This document shows positions 49,014 through 59,922 of a stretch of 64,000 bases of DNA, piece by piece. Source of the DNA: an uncultured Dehalococcoidia bacterium (lineage in GTDB: Bacteria > Chloroflexota > Dehalococcoidia > Lucifugimonadales > UBA3495); NCBI GenBank assembly GCA_950072105.1, contig CATMOE010000001.1, forward strand, positions 128,001 through 192,000, read 5' to 3'. Made by a program: the position numbers and the translations under genes. The notes under the pieces are model-generated. The model ran no database searches and had not been told where the DNA came from. It saw only the letters and a list, made by a program, of their open reading frames with translations. How positions within the stretch are numbered: position 1 is the stretch's first letter; each line of letters starts with the position of its first letter.

Positions 49014-49865
49014 TCAGCCACTCCGCTCAACAACCGCGTGCAACCGTGCCAACAACACCCCGTTTTCCTCGGTGGTAAAGCCATCCACGTAGTACTCCCT
49101 CTCGCCGGTGGTGCCGTCAACCGCGCCCATGTCCACCGACTTTTGAATCACCTTGGTCTCGCCTTCAATGGTCGGGAGCAGGTTCCGCCCCGCCAAACCC
49201 GATAGCGCGGCCACCAGTCCATATCCGCCCCAGTTGGAAACGCTGGAAATGATTAGCCGGTCCACTTTTGTCACCGCCGGGTCGTTGGGCAGGGTTTCAA
49301 CTTGGGGGATGAACTCCACCAGATTCCCCATCCCTATCTCGTTGCCGCCGTCGCCGATGCCTACCGACGGAATGCCGGCTTCGAACAGGTAGTCCAACCG
49401 GGCGGTGTGAGGCGTGATGTCCACGTATCGCATATTCAAGTAGGCGTCGTCATTGGTCCGGCTGCAACGTTCGATGGAAATTATCAATGATAGGTCCAGC
49501 CGCTCAAGGATCTCCGAGCTTGCTTTTCGGCTCGTCTCGATGTCGGCGATGGGAAAATCCACTACCTCCGTACCATCCTCCAACAGACCTTCCAGCACGG
49601 GCACGGTGTAGGAGTCGGTGATGTAGGTCACCCTTCGCCCGAGCGCCTGCAAAGCTCTACCGATGGCGATCGCTCCAGCGGGTCCGTCCGTCTCCGGACT
49701 GCCGGCGGACAATATGTAGAACCCGGTAACGATGGCCACGTTGCCGGGATGGTCCATGATGTACTGAGCCGCCTGCGAGCAAAAGTCTACCGCCATGTGG
49801 GGCCGAAGGAGAGCGACACCCCGCTTGTCATGATCCAAAACAATATCTTCGATGGTTTCGCTCAT
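49014..49865 (-). CDS. DUF4392 (D-glutamate cyclase-like domain) protein
   Basis: TGF, ETDGPAGA, ISIER, GIGDGGNEIGMG, VSNWGGY. Confidence 0.85.
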   Translation of the reverse strand: MSETIEDIVLDHDKRGVALLRPHMAVDFCSQAAQYIMDHPGNVAIVTGFYILSAGSPETDGPAGAIAIGRALQALGRRVTYITDSYTVPVLEGLLEDGTEVVDFPIADIETSRKASSEILERLDLSLIISIERCSRTNDDAYLNMRYVDITPHTARLDYLFEAGIPSVGIGDGGNEIGMGNLVEFIPQVETLPNDPAVTKVDRLIISSVSNWGGYGLVAALSGLAGRNLLPTIEGETKVIQKSVDMGAVDGTTGEREYYVDGFTTEENGVLLARLHAVVERSG

Positions 49866-49913
49866 AATTTATCCTCGGTCGAAAGCTGATGGCTGATGGC
49901 TGACCGCTGAAAG

Positions 49914-50711
49914 CTACAGCACCGCGTAGTCAGCGTCGCGCTGGCTGGTGATGAACATCATCCCCGGAGTGTGCGTCATCATCAGACTTGGTTTACAATT
50001 TAGCGCCACCGCCTGGGGAGTAACGCCGCAGGCCCAGAATACCGGCTCCTCTCCGGGGTAGATGTCTACCGCATCCCCGAAGTCCGGCCGGGAAATGTCC
50101 TTGATGCCGATGGCCGCAGGATCGCCGATGTGGACCGGCGCGCCATGGGTCGCCGGGAACCGTGAGGTCACCTGGACAGCCCGGACGATCTGCTCCCGTT
50201 TTATCGGACGCATACTGACCACCATCGGACCTGAAAATCGCCCGGAAGGAACGGTGGGTATATTGGTGATGTACATCGCCACGTTGCGTCCCAACTCTTG
50301 GTGGCGCAACGGGATGCCCGCTTCGATCATCGCGGTTTCGAAGGAGAAGCTGCAGCCCATCAGGAACGAGACCAAGTCGTCCCGCCAATGGGGCACCAAG
50401 GACTCAACCTCATCCACCATCACCCCGTTCTCATAGATCCGGTACCCTGGAATATCGGTACGGATGTCGGCTCCCGCCGCCGTCAGCACCGGTTCAACGT
50501 TGCCTGCCTCTATAACTTCCAACACGGGGCAGGGCTTAGGGTTCCTTTGGCAAAAGAGCAAAAACTCGAAAGCCAAGTCTTGAGGCAAAATCGCCAGATT
50601 CGCTTGAACGTAACCCGGCGCAACCCCGGAAGTTACCCCTCGCCAACTCCCGCCGCGGATCTGTTGCCACACTTCACTTGGCTTCTTGGGCAAGGTTTGA
50701 GTGCTCATCAA
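49914..50711 (-). CDS. DUF1445 putative hydro-lyase (D-glutamate cyclase family)
   Basis: QANL, FCQRNPKPCP, GCSFSFE, VVSMRP, HGAPVHIG, FWACGVTPQ. Confidence 0.92.
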   Translation of the reverse strand: MMSTQTLPKKPSEVWQQIRGGSWRGVTSGVAPGYVQANLAILPQDLAFEFLLFCQRNPKPCPVLEVIEAGNVEPVLTAAGADIRTDIPGYRIYENGVMVDEVESLVPHWRDDLVSFLMGCSFSFETAMIEAGIPLRHQELGRNVAMYITNIPTVPSGRFSGPMVVSMRPIKREQIVRAVQVTSRFPATHGAPVHIGDPAAIGIKDISRPDFGDAVDIYPGEEPVFWACGVTPQAVALNCKPSLMMTHTPGMMFITSQRDADYAVL

Positions 50712-50925
50712 ATTCTCCCTTGGTCGATTCTCAGCCAGCTATGTAATAATCTCTCGCCAGCATTCAACCGGAATCTCCCAACATCATAGTTGTCACCTCC
50801 CGGCCAGTCAATTTGGCTCAGCCGGGTAAACTAGGGAGGGGTAACGTAGGCGTCTAAACGCACTCACCGGGTGGTATACTTGCCTAACTTAGTCTCAAAA
50901 ACATCGGCGGAGACACGGCAAGGCG

Positions 50926-51594
50926 TTGTATAGCTTATTTCTGCTGGCGGATGATTCAAACGGAGCGCTGCCACTGCTCGAGGTAATAGACCGGGCCGGG
51001 TTTTCGTGCTGCGTGGGCGCCGACCTGTCTCATTTGGAGGAAGGTGGCGACCCGGTAGCGCCGGAAGCGGTCCTGGTAGACCTGGCATCCGTCGGCACCG
51101 CCCAGACCCACCAGTTCGTTGACCGATGCAAGCAACTCAAGCTGCCCGTTGTGCTGGTTATTCCCGGAGAACAGGCCTCGGATCATGACCCCTCTCTTAA
51201 CGCCGACGAATTTATCTTCGGACCCGTAAAGGAGCAGGAGCTCGCCGCCAGGGTAAAACAGGCGATTTATCGAGTTAACGGTCCAGCCAGCTCTAAAGTC
51301 CTAAGGGCCGGAGAGTTGATGATTGACCTGGAACGTTACGATGTCACCGTCTCCGGCCGCCGGGTATCGTTAACCTACAAGGAGTTCCAACTCCTGGTGC
51401 TTCTAGCCTCCAATCCGGGCCGGGTCTACACCCGAGACGCCTTGCTAAGCCAGGTTTGGGGCTACGATTACCTTGGTGGCACCCGGACAGTGGACGTGCA
51501 CGTACGTCGGCTGCGGTCTAAAGTGGAAGGACCCGGCCGGGTCTACGTGGAAACCATCTGGAATGTCGGCTACCGCTTCAAGACCTCATCTTAA
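50926..51594 (+). CDS. Orphan OmpR-family regulator with atypical receiver, GlnR-like
   Basis: LTYKEF.LL and VWGYDYLGGTRTVDVHVRRLRSK; receiver lacks conserved Thr/Ser and Lys. Confidence 0.85.
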   Translation: MYSLFLLADDSNGALPLLEVIDRAGFSCCVGADLSHLEEGGDPVAPEAVLVDLASVGTAQTHQFVDRCKQLKLPVVLVIPGEQASDHDPSLNADEFIFGPVKEQELAARVKQAIYRVNGPASSKVLRAGELMIDLERYDVTVSGRRVSLTYKEFQLLVLLASNPGRVYTRDALLSQVWGYDYLGGTRTVDVHVRRLRSKVEGPGRVYVETIWNVGYRFKTSS

Positions 51595-51625
51595 CGAATA
51601 AGGTTCGATTCGCGACCCCCGCCGA

Positions 51626-54130
51626 TCAGCTTCCCTCGGCGGTGACCTGGTCCAAGAATCGGGCCACTTGAGCCGCTAATCCGGCATGCTCCGGGGCGGC
51701 CAACTCCGGGTCTTGATTCATTACCCGGGCCGCCTCGTCGCGAGCGGTTTCCAACAGCTTGCGGTCCGACAGTTGGGCCATCCGCAGATTGGGCAATCCG
51801 CTCTGACGGGTGCCGAAAAAGTCTCCCGGCCCCCGCAATTCCAAGTCAACCTCGGCCAATTGGAAGCCGTCGTGGATCTGCTCCAGCGCGCCCAGCCGCT
51901 CCCGAGCCGCCTCCGAAGGAGAATCCGAAAGCAAGAGACAGTAGCTCTTATGCTCGCCCCGGCCCACCCGGCCTCGGAACTGATGCAGCTGGGCCAGCCC
52001 AAACCGGTCGGCGCCTTCGATCAGCATAACCGTGGCGTTGGCTACGTCGATGCCAACCTCGACCACGGCGGTCGAAACCAGGACGTCGACCTCCCCTTCC
52101 CGGAACCGGCGCATAACGGCGTCTTTGTCCTTGGCCGGCATCCGGCCGTGGAGCAAGCCCACCCGCAGGTCTGGAAAAACCTCCTCGGATAGCCTTTTAT
52201 GCTCGGCGATCGCCGCCTTCGACTCAATGGTGTCCGACTCACCCACTAGCGGGCAAATGACGAAGGCCTGCCGGCCCGCTTCAACTTCCTTACGAATGAA
52301 TCCGTAAGCGGCCGGGCGGCGTTCCGGAGGGAGCCACCGGGTGGCAACCTGCTGCCGCCCGGCGGGCAATTCGTCGAGGGTGGAAATGTCCAGATCGCCG
52401 TAGAGGGTTAGCGACAACGTGCGGGGTATGGGGGTGGCCGACATGATCAGGGCGTGAGGCGTCTCGTCCCCTCTTTGCCGCAAGGCGGACCGCTGCATCA
52501 CGCCAAAACGGTGCTGCTCATCGGCCACGGCCAGGACTAGCTTAGGCATGGAAACACCCGACTGGATCAGGGCTTGGGTGCCGATCAACAGGTCCAGATT
52601 CCCAGCGGCAGCCATCTCGGTGAGTTCACGTTTTACCGGCCGCCGGGTGCTTCCGGTAAGCAGTCCTACCGACACCGGCCTTCCCAGAGATTCCAGATAC
52701 ACCGAGACCAGATTTTCCTCCTGTACCGGACGAGCCAGACCTGCCAGCAACCGGACCACCGTATGGAAATGCTGCTCGGCCAGCACTTCCGTGGGGACCA
52801 TGATCGCGCCTTGATAGCCGTCGGCAGCCACCGCCAGCAACGCCGCCAGAGCTACCACGGTTTTGCCGCTGCCGACCTCTCCTTGAAGCAGCCGGTTCAT
52901 CGGCGGAGTGCCTCTCTCTAGATCGCCCAGGATCTGGTCTACACAACGGCGCTGGGCGGCGGTTAGCGTGAAAGGCAACGAATCGTAGAACCCCGCCAGT
53001 ATCTGACTATCGACCTGAACCGCCACCCCCTTGACCTCGTTCGCCTGGTGGTGGCGCCGGGCCAATACCGCCAATTGCAGAGTGAACAATTCGTCGAACG
53101 CCAACCGCCGGCGCGCCTCTTCCCAAGCGGCCATGTCATCGGGATAGTGGGCCTGCATGACGGCTTGTTGCAAGGGCATCAGATGGTTCTGAGCCAAAAC
53201 GTCTTCCGGCAAAAATTCGTCAACGCCCGCCAACCATTCTTGCAACCCCTGCCAGGACAACCTCCGGACGTTCCTTGCGGTCAACCCCTCGGTCAATGGG
53301 TAAACCGGGACCAGTCTGCCGGTATGGATCTGGGTCTGTCCCTGGTCCAGCAATTCGTAATCCGGCGACTCGAAGACCAACTGACCATTGAAAACGCTGG
53401 CCTTTCCGCTGATGGCTATCCGGGTGTTGGGCTTCAGGGTCCGGGCCAGGTAGCGCTGGCCGAACCATACGACTTTTATGTTGCCGGATTCATCGCTCAA
53501 CACGGTCTCGGTGTCTACCCGGCGGCCCTGGTAGCCCTGCTTGACCGCGCAGGATTCCCAGACGGTGCCGACTACGGTGCAAGGTTCGTCGGGCGAGACT
53601 TCCGAAATCTTGGCGATGGTTGAATAGTCGATGTGACGGCGGGGAAACAGATAAAGGAGATCGCGGACAGTGGTGACTTCCAAGCGCTTGAACCTGGCCG
53701 CCGATTTGGTGTCGACGCCCCGCAGACGATCCACGGGAGAATCCACCGTCAGTCCGCCGGGGGTTGAAGCTTGCCGGGGAGCCGGTTTCTTTGCCGGATC
53801 GCTGGGAGTTGACGGCTGGGCCTTCTTGGCTTCCGGCGGGTGGGAAACACCGACGTTCGATCCTGAAGAGTCCCCATCCAGCAGATCGCGCCACCGGCCG
53901 GCCCATTCGCCCCGCTCCTCAGCGGTCATCCCCAAGTATGAGTTGTCTAAGAGATTCGAAGCCGTTTGCAGGCCGCTAAGCCGGGCGGTCATCTCTTCGG
54001 TCCAAGTCTGGATATACCGGTCCAGACCTCCCATCACGGCCTTGTTGTCAAACCCCCGGCTTTCTTCCAAGGTAAGGATATTCCGGAATGAATCCACCCA
54101 AGAAAGCCCGCTTTTTGGTCGTGAAGTCAT
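51626..54130 (-). CDS. recG: ATP-dependent DNA helicase RecG
   Basis: MNRLLQGEVGSGKT, DEQHRFGV, MSATPIPRTL, QLHQFRGRVGRG, TRG motif. Confidence 0.97.
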   Translation of the reverse strand: MTSRPKSGLSWVDSFRNILTLEESRGFDNKAVMGGLDRYIQTWTEEMTARLSGLQTASNLLDNSYLGMTAEERGEWAGRWRDLLDGDSSGSNVGVSHPPEAKKAQPSTPSDPAKKPAPRQASTPGGLTVDSPVDRLRGVDTKSAARFKRLEVTTVRDLLYLFPRRHIDYSTIAKISEVSPDEPCTVVGTVWESCAVKQGYQGRRVDTETVLSDESGNIKVVWFGQRYLARTLKPNTRIAISGKASVFNGQLVFESPDYELLDQGQTQIHTGRLVPVYPLTEGLTARNVRRLSWQGLQEWLAGVDEFLPEDVLAQNHLMPLQQAVMQAHYPDDMAAWEEARRRLAFDELFTLQLAVLARRHHQANEVKGVAVQVDSQILAGFYDSLPFTLTAAQRRCVDQILGDLERGTPPMNRLLQGEVGSGKTVVALAALLAVAADGYQGAIMVPTEVLAEQHFHTVVRLLAGLARPVQEENLVSVYLESLGRPVSVGLLTGSTRRPVKRELTEMAAAGNLDLLIGTQALIQSGVSMPKLVLAVADEQHRFGVMQRSALRQRGDETPHALIMSATPIPRTLSLTLYGDLDISTLDELPAGRQQVATRWLPPERRPAAYGFIRKEVEAGRQAFVICPLVGESDTIESKAAIAEHKRLSEEVFPDLRVGLLHGRMPAKDKDAVMRRFREGEVDVLVSTAVVEVGIDVANATVMLIEGADRFGLAQLHQFRGRVGRGEHKSYCLLLSDSPSEAARERLGALEQIHDGFQLAEVDLELRGPGDFFGTRQSGLPNLRMAQLSDRKLLETARDEAARVMNQDPELAAPEHAGLAAQVARFLDQVTAEGS

Positions 54131-54221
54131 CGGAAATTCAGTATATCACGGGCTTCCCAGCGGCCTAGTGGCTGGTGTCATGAAACAAGTCTTAGGAGCG
54201 CGATCAACCGCACGTCTCCAG

Positions 54222-55061
54222 TCATCCGGCGCGGGTCAACGCCAACCCCACGGCGCCGGGGCCGATGTACGTCCCCAAGGTGGCTCCAAAGCGGGCGGAG
54301 ACTATCTGGTCTTCGGGTAATAGTTCCGAAAGCTCCTGGCGCAGCCCTTGAGCCAGCAGCGAATCATTGCTATGGATCACCGCCAGCTGAGTCAGGGGAG
54401 CCGCCTGGCGGGCCAACTCCAAAAGCCGGCGCAATCCCCGCTGACGGTTGCGGGCTCGCTCGATCGGCACAGCCTCCCCGTCTTCCATACCCAATATGGG
54501 TTTTACATTGAGAATGGAGCCGACGAATGTTTGCGCCTTACCGATACGCCCGCCCTTTTGCAGGTATTCCAAGGTATCCAGAAGGAAATAACATTTGGTC
54601 AATGGCAGGCTGCCGGCCACTTTAGAGGCTACGTCCGCCAGTGGCAAGCCTTTTTCGGCCAGTTCAGCTGCCGCCAAAACCACCAACCCCAAGGATATCG
54701 ACGCAAGCTGGGAATCGACTATCTGGATCTCAACTCGGTCCCCCATCGATGCCTTGGCCTGCTCCGCGGAGTTCAGGGTCCCGCTCAGCTTGCCGGAAAC
54801 GTGGATGGAAAGAATGCTGTGACCCTGGTCTGCCAGAGCGGTGTATACCGATTGGAAGTCCGCCGCCGAAGGCTGGGAAGTAGTGGGGTAATTAATGCCG
54901 GCAGCCAGATGGCCGTAAAGTTCATCGGGGGAAATGTCCACGCCGTCTTTGTAGCTGACATCGCCCACTACCACGTTGCACGGAATCACGGTGATGTTCA
55001 ACCGCTCGGCTATATCGGACGGTAGGTCCGCGGAACTGTCGGTGACTATCCTGATCGCCAT
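54222..55061 (-). CDS. DegV family fatty-acid-binding protein (FakB-like)
   Basis: IVTDSSAD, TTSQPS, LSGT, YLQKGGRIG. Confidence 0.95.
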   Translation of the reverse strand: MAIRIVTDSSADLPSDIAERLNITVIPCNVVVGDVSYKDGVDISPDELYGHLAAGINYPTTSQPSAADFQSVYTALADQGHSILSIHVSGKLSGTLNSAEQAKASMGDRVEIQIVDSQLASISLGLVVLAAAELAEKGLPLADVASKVAGSLPLTKCYFLLDTLEYLQKGGRIGKAQTFVGSILNVKPILGMEDGEAVPIERARNRQRGLRRLLELARQAAPLTQLAVIHSNDSLLAQGLRQELSELLPEDQIVSARFGATLGTYIGPGAVGLALTRAG

Positions 55062-55283
55062 TTCTCTTCTCGCGAAGTTGCCCGCAGGTCAAGCGCTTGA
55101 ATGACTAGCCAGGGCATCGCACCCTCCCATTGTATTTTGTGCCCAATTGCGTCCCCATCCGTCTCGGAAAGGGATGGATCTAATTTCCTCCGTTGGAGTA
55201 TCATTCGCTATTCTCGTCCCGAATTCTACAGCAACCAAAGGTAATCTCATCCACTTTTTCAGGCGCTCAATGGATACCGCCGT

Positions 55284-56918
55284 TCATTCGACAGAAGCCA
55301 GGTAGTGATAGTGGGGCTGGCCGCCATCGACCAGGTCAACCTGGATACCCGGATGCCGTTGCTCCAACCGTTGGCTTAACGCCTCGGCATCGTCCCGATG
55401 GGCCGCGGTCCCTAGGTACAACGTCACCACATGGCTTGGAGACATCCCGGCCAGCGCCAATGCCGATTCTAACACCTGTTCCGGAGCTTCTCCCGCCGCG
55501 ACAATCTTCCCTTCCAACAAACTGATGTACTGGCCCGCGGCAAATTTCAGCTTGTCTACCGTGGCCGGGCGCGCCGCCTTGGTCACCTCGATGGCCACGA
55601 TTCCGTCCAGAGCCGAATTCATCGACACCAAATTGTTCTCGGCAGATTCCTCCGGGTTGAAGGCCAACATCGCCGCCACTCCCCGAGGCACGCTATCGGA
55701 GGGCACCACGTGTACTCCGTCCTTAGCCATCATCACCTGCTCCGCCGTGGCGATCACGTTCTTGTTGTTGGGCAAGATGATGGTGTGTTTAGCCCCAGCG
55801 GATTCCACGGCCTCTAGAATATCCCGCACGCTGGGGTTCATGGTCTGGCCTCCATTGACCACGACGGCGCAGCCGACCTCCCGGAATAAAGCGTCCAGAC
55901 CGTCCCCGGAAGCGACGGCTACCACCGCCAATTCACCACCGGATACGGCCGTGCTTAGCCCGGCGGTAAATTCTTTATTCTGTTGGCTCATATTCTGAAT
56001 ATCTATCTGGTTTAGCTGGCCCAAAGACGCTCCCAAGCTTAGCGAAGGTCCGGGGTCCGGGGCGTGGACATGTACTCTGACGCTTCGGCCGCCGCCAACC
56101 ACCACGGCCGACTCGGAAATTTCCACGAACTGATGGCGAATCGACTCGGCCTCCAGATCGTCGCCGGTGATTACGAACTGGGTGCAGTATCCCCATTGGA
56201 TTTGCGACACCGAATCTAGGTAATGAGCATCAAGTCCAGCGGTCCGGCTGGCATCCGAACCGGTGTAGCCTCTGGCAACGGCCATTGCTACTTGTTCATC
56301 GCCGCTGCCGTTCAGATAGGCCAGGGCCCCACCCATAATAACCACCACTCCCATACCCCCGGCATCCACGACCCCGGCTTCCCGCAAGACCGGCAGTTGT
56401 TCCGGCGTACGGTCCAGGGCTTCTTGGCCGGCCCGGAAAGCTTTTTCCCATAGATCTCGTGGACCCTCGCCGCCGCCTTCCTGACATTCTTGGGACTCAA
56501 ACGAAAGAGAACGGATAACCGTGAGCATCGTGCCTTCCACCGGCTGGCCCACCGCCTGGTAAGCGGCATCCGAGGCCAGGGAGAATGCCCTAGCCAGGTC
56601 CGTCGTTCGGCATACCTGCTTTTCCTCGAGGGCTTCCGCGAAACCCTTAAGGAATTGGGACAGTATCACTCCGCTATTGCCTCTAGCCCCCCAAAACGCC
56701 CCGTCGGCTAGCCCACCAGCCACCTCAGCCAGCGTGCTGTCAGGGGCCGTTGGACACTTCTCCATGGCCGAACGCATGGTCAATAGCATGTTGGTGCCGG
56801 TGTCTCCGTCGGGCACGGGGAAAACATTAAGGGCGTTGATGGCCTCTCGATGCCGCTCTAGGGCCCGGGTGGCAGCGGCAAAGCCTTGTCTCAAATCATC
56901 GGCGGTTAGATGTGACAT
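55284..56918 (-). CDS. DAK2-domain protein (fatty acid kinase FakA-like)
   Basis: LNVFPVPDGDTGTNM, GARGNSGVILSQ, VEGTMLTV, GGQTMNPS, GGQPHY. Confidence 0.95.
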   Translation of the reverse strand: MSHLTADDLRQGFAAATRALERHREAINALNVFPVPDGDTGTNMLLTMRSAMEKCPTAPDSTLAEVAGGLADGAFWGARGNSGVILSQFLKGFAEALEEKQVCRTTDLARAFSLASDAAYQAVGQPVEGTMLTVIRSLSFESQECQEGGGEGPRDLWEKAFRAGQEALDRTPEQLPVLREAGVVDAGGMGVVVIMGGALAYLNGSGDEQVAMAVARGYTGSDASRTAGLDAHYLDSVSQIQWGYCTQFVITGDDLEAESIRHQFVEISESAVVVGGGRSVRVHVHAPDPGPSLSLGASLGQLNQIDIQNMSQQNKEFTAGLSTAVSGGELAVVAVASGDGLDALFREVGCAVVVNGGQTMNPSVRDILEAVESAGAKHTIILPNNKNVIATAEQVMMAKDGVHVVPSDSVPRGVAAMLAFNPEESAENNLVSMNSALDGIVAIEVTKAARPATVDKLKFAAGQYISLLEGKIVAAGEAPEQVLESALALAGMSPSHVVTLYLGTAAHRDDAEALSQRLEQRHPGIQVDLVDGGQPHYHYLASVE

Positions 56919-57061
56919 CGTTAGGCGCTTCAATACGAATGTTATCCCAAGCGGAATACCGTGGACATTTAGACCCGGATCAGGGTCAAACTGCGCCCAA
57001 TTATATAACACCGGCGTCACGGGAGCGGGCCAAGCCCGGCCGCCAAGAGCCCCGATTCTCC

Positions 57062-57090
57062 TTGACACTCGTGAGGCTCTAGCTTAGTAT
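57062..57090 (+). promoter_or_regulatory. Sigma70-type promoter of rplU-rpmA
   Basis: TTGACA-17 nt-TAGTAT. Confidence 0.75.
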
Positions 57091-57108
57091 TGATGCTCGA
57101 GGAATAAT

Positions 57109-57504
57109 ATGGATTACGCAGTATTCAAAACCGGTGGTAAACAATACCGGGTCAAACCGGGCGACACATTAGACGTTGAAAAGTTGTCCGTCGCCGTAGA
57201 TTCCATCGCCGAATTTGGCGAAGTCCTTGCCATCTCCGACAACGGGGAAGTCACCTTCGGTTCCCCGATGATTGAAGGCGCCAGGGTGCTGGCTCGGGTC
57301 GATTCCCACTACAAAGACAAAAAACTCATGGTCTTCAAGTACAAATCGAAGACCAGGTATCGTCGTAAGAAAGGCCATCGCCAAACTTACACGAGATTGG
57401 TGATTCAGGACATCCAGTCCGAGCCACCCGCGCCGCCCAGACGCCGAAGGGCTAGGGCCAGCGCAGCGGTAGCAGAAGAAGGGAGCACCGAGAATGGCTC
57501 ATAA
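57109..57504 (+). CDS. rplU: 50S ribosomal protein L21
   Basis: [19 protein letters not shown]. Confidence 0.97.
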   Translation: MDYAVFKTGGKQYRVKPGDTLDVEKLSVAVDSIAEFGEVLAISDNGEVTFGSPMIEGARVLARVDSHYKDKKLMVFKYKSKTRYRRKKGHRQTYTRLVIQDIQSEPPAPPRRRRARASAAVAEEGSTENGS

Positions 57505-57775
57505 GAAAGCAGGCGGTAGCACCAGCAACGGCCGTGATAGCAACGCCAAACGCTTGGGCGTTAAGAAGTATGGCGGCGAGATAGTCACCAGCGGCGCCAT
57601 CATTGTGCGGCAGCGCGGTACCCGCTTACACCCGGGGACTAACGTTGGGTTGGGCCGCGATTTCACCATATTCGCCAAGATAGATGGACGCGTCACTTTT
57701 GAATGGGCGTTAAAGGGTAAGCGGAGAGTCAGCGTTTATCCCGTTGAGGCGGCGGCGGAATCCAAAGCGGCCTAG
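57494..57775 (+). CDS. rpmA: 50S ribosomal protein L27
   Basis: [24 protein letters not shown]. Confidence 0.98.
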   Translation: MAHKKAGGSTSNGRDSNAKRLGVKKYGGEIVTSGAIIVRQRGTRLHPGTNVGLGRDFTIFAKIDGRVTFEWALKGKRRVSVYPVEAAAESKAA

Positions 57776-57861
57776 CTGACATCTAACTACTGTAACCAAA
57801 CTAAGATCAAGACTGAATGTCTTGGCTCAGGTTTCAAATCTAAGTTGACTGGTATCCAATT

Positions 57862-58062
57862 ATGAAAACAGACATCCATCCGAAATTCTATCACTCTGTG
57901 GTAACTTGCTCCTGCGGCAACGTGTTCCATACGGGCGCCACCAAGCCCACCATGCGCGTGGAGCTGTGCGGCAAGTGCCACCCCTTCTACACCGGTGAAC
58001 AGCGGGTGGTTGATACCCAAGGCCGTATCGAGCGATTGAAGCGGCGTTACAGCCTGGATTAG
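57862..58062 (+). CDS. rpmE: 50S ribosomal protein L31 (Zn-binding type)
   Basis: IHPKF, CSCG, CGKCHPFYTG. Confidence 0.97.
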   Translation: MKTDIHPKFYHSVVTCSCGNVFHTGATKPTMRVELCGKCHPFYTGEQRVVDTQGRIERLKRRYSLD

Positions 58063-58297
58063 TCTGGGCATCGCCCTGGCGCCCCCCAGATGTTGCCTGG
58101 TTAACTCCTTGCCCTTAGGTTCAGGCGTGAATCTCCAAAGCTGGCAACCAATCCCATCCGTGGGCATGCATAAACCCCTCGCCGTTCAATCTTCCATATG
58201 CTTCCGCAGGGGTTCGGATCACGATTAACCGCTTGCCGGGCCATGCGCGTACTCTGGATCGACTTCCTGAAGCGAGCAATACGAGGTAGGAACAGCG

Positions 58298-59293
58298 TTG
58301 GCGGAACTACCAAGATTTAACTACGGCGGACAGGCGGTCATTGAAGGCGTGATGATCCGGGGGCGGACCCACTTCAGCTTGGCAGTGCGGCGCCAAGATG
58401 GCACCATCTACCGTCAACAAGAACTCCTCAGTAATTGGTTTACCGGCCCGGTCCGGCGCATCCCTTTATTGAGAGGGATCCTGGTCCTTTTGGAGTCCCT
58501 CTCACTGGGAGTGAAGGCGCTTCGCCGCTCCGCCACTATCGCCATGCAAGAAGAGGATGGGGATCAGCATGAGGAGTTGCCCGCTTGGGCCATGGCCGGG
58601 ACGCTGGCGGTGTCCATGCTGCTAGGCGTCGGGTTGTTTTTCCTTCTGCCTCTGCTAATCGTCTGGTTATTGGACCCATACATCGCTTCAGACTTGGCCA
58701 GCAACGTGATCGAAGGGGTCATCCGCCTCACGATCTTGGTTTCCTACATCAAACTGATCGGGCTTTCCAGCGATATCAAACGGGTATTTGCCTACCACGG
58801 GGCCGAGCACATGGCGGTCCATACCTATGAAGCCGGCCTGGACCTGGTGGTGGAGAACGTTCGCAAATTCGGGACACCTCACCCCCGGTGCGGCACCGCA
58901 TTCTTGCTAACGGTGGTCCTGATTTCCATCGTCGTGTTCGCTTTCTTGCAGCGGCCTCCCATGGAGTGGCGTATAATTTCCCGCATCGCCTTGGTCCCGG
59001 TTATCGCGGCTTTCAGCTATGAAATCATCCGGTTTAGCGGGGCGCATCAGGAAGCATGGTTTGGGCGAATGATATCTCAGCCCGGACTGATATTGCAGCG
59101 GCTGACCACCAGGCAACCGGACGACTCCCAGATAGAGGTCGCCATCTGCGCCATGGAAACAGCCATCGCCGCCGATCAGGGACGAGAGTATCCGGAACCG
59201 ATTGCCGCGGTCACCGGTGGAGAAACATCCGCTGAGATCGCAGATCCTGGCGGCTCGGAGGAAAACGCATCAGGGTCGAGCACCGACGGCTGA
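58298..59293 (+). CDS. DUF1385 membrane protein
   Basis: GGQAVIEGVM, YHGAEH, HPRCGT.FL, LQRLTT. Confidence 0.92.
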   Translation: MAELPRFNYGGQAVIEGVMIRGRTHFSLAVRRQDGTIYRQQELLSNWFTGPVRRIPLLRGILVLLESLSLGVKALRRSATIAMQEEDGDQHEELPAWAMAGTLAVSMLLGVGLFFLLPLLIVWLLDPYIASDLASNVIEGVIRLTILVSYIKLIGLSSDIKRVFAYHGAEHMAVHTYEAGLDLVVENVRKFGTPHPRCGTAFLLTVVLISIVVFAFLQRPPMEWRIISRIALVPVIAAFSYEIIRFSGAHQEAWFGRMISQPGLILQRLTTRQPDDSQIEVAICAMETAIAADQGREYPEPIAAVTGGETSAEIADPGGSEENASGSSTDG

Positions 59294-59315
59294 AGGAAGA
59301 CCGGCTAAAGATTCG

Positions 59316-59669
59316 TCAGCTGTTCGACTGGGACTCCAGCAGCGGGGTCACGCCAACGTCAAGGCTTAGAAAGCTGAAACCAGCCCTCTCGGAATAATGG
59401 CGGTCCAGATCGGTGTCACCGATGTGGTAATACTCCTCAGCCTCAAATTGCTCCTTCACCGTACTGAGTTGATGCTTCAACACCGTGAAATCGACTGAGA
59501 TTCCGCTGTCCCTCCACATCCGCTGCTGAGTGCTGATGGTCCGGTCGGAGCAGCTACCCACCAAAAACCCCAACTCCTTGGCTTTCCTCACCATGTCCAG
59601 GGTAATAATACCCGGCGGATCGCCGACTTCCAGGGTACCGTCAATATCGAAACTAATTAGCTTGGCCAA
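59316..59669 (-). CDS. Small capless HAD-superfamily hydrolase
   Basis: SFDIDGTL, CS, K, HIGDTDLD. Confidence 0.8.
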   Translation of the reverse strand: MAKLISFDIDGTLEVGDPPGIITLDMVRKAKELGFLVGSCSDRTISTQQRMWRDSGISVDFTVLKHQLSTVKEQFEAEEYYHIGDTDLDRHYSERAGFSFLSLDVGVTPLLESQSNS

Positions 59670-59700
59670 ACATTTACCTCGAGCGTTGGGTTAGATAGAT

Positions 59701-59922
59701 TCAGGCGGCATACCGTATCACCTCAAGTTCCGCCTCACCTGAGATGCCAACAAGAATCTCGTCGATACGGCTTAACACCGCATCTTCAATAAGGTACTCA
59801 GGGCAGTTTTCACACTGGAGCACCGGAAGGCTCTTGAGAATGACTATGGAACTCTCGGTCGTCTTAAAGGGCAGATCACTGATGACCGAGTTCATCTTGG
59901 CTCCACAGACGGTGCACTTCAT
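59701..59922 (-). CDS. YgiT/MqsA-type zinc-finger protein (putative antitoxin)
   Basis: MKCTVCG...P...CENCPE; no HTH. Confidence 0.85.
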   Translation of the reverse strand: MKCTVCGAKMNSVISDLPFKTTESSIVILKSLPVLQCENCPEYLIEDAVLSRIDEILVGISGEAELEVIRYAA

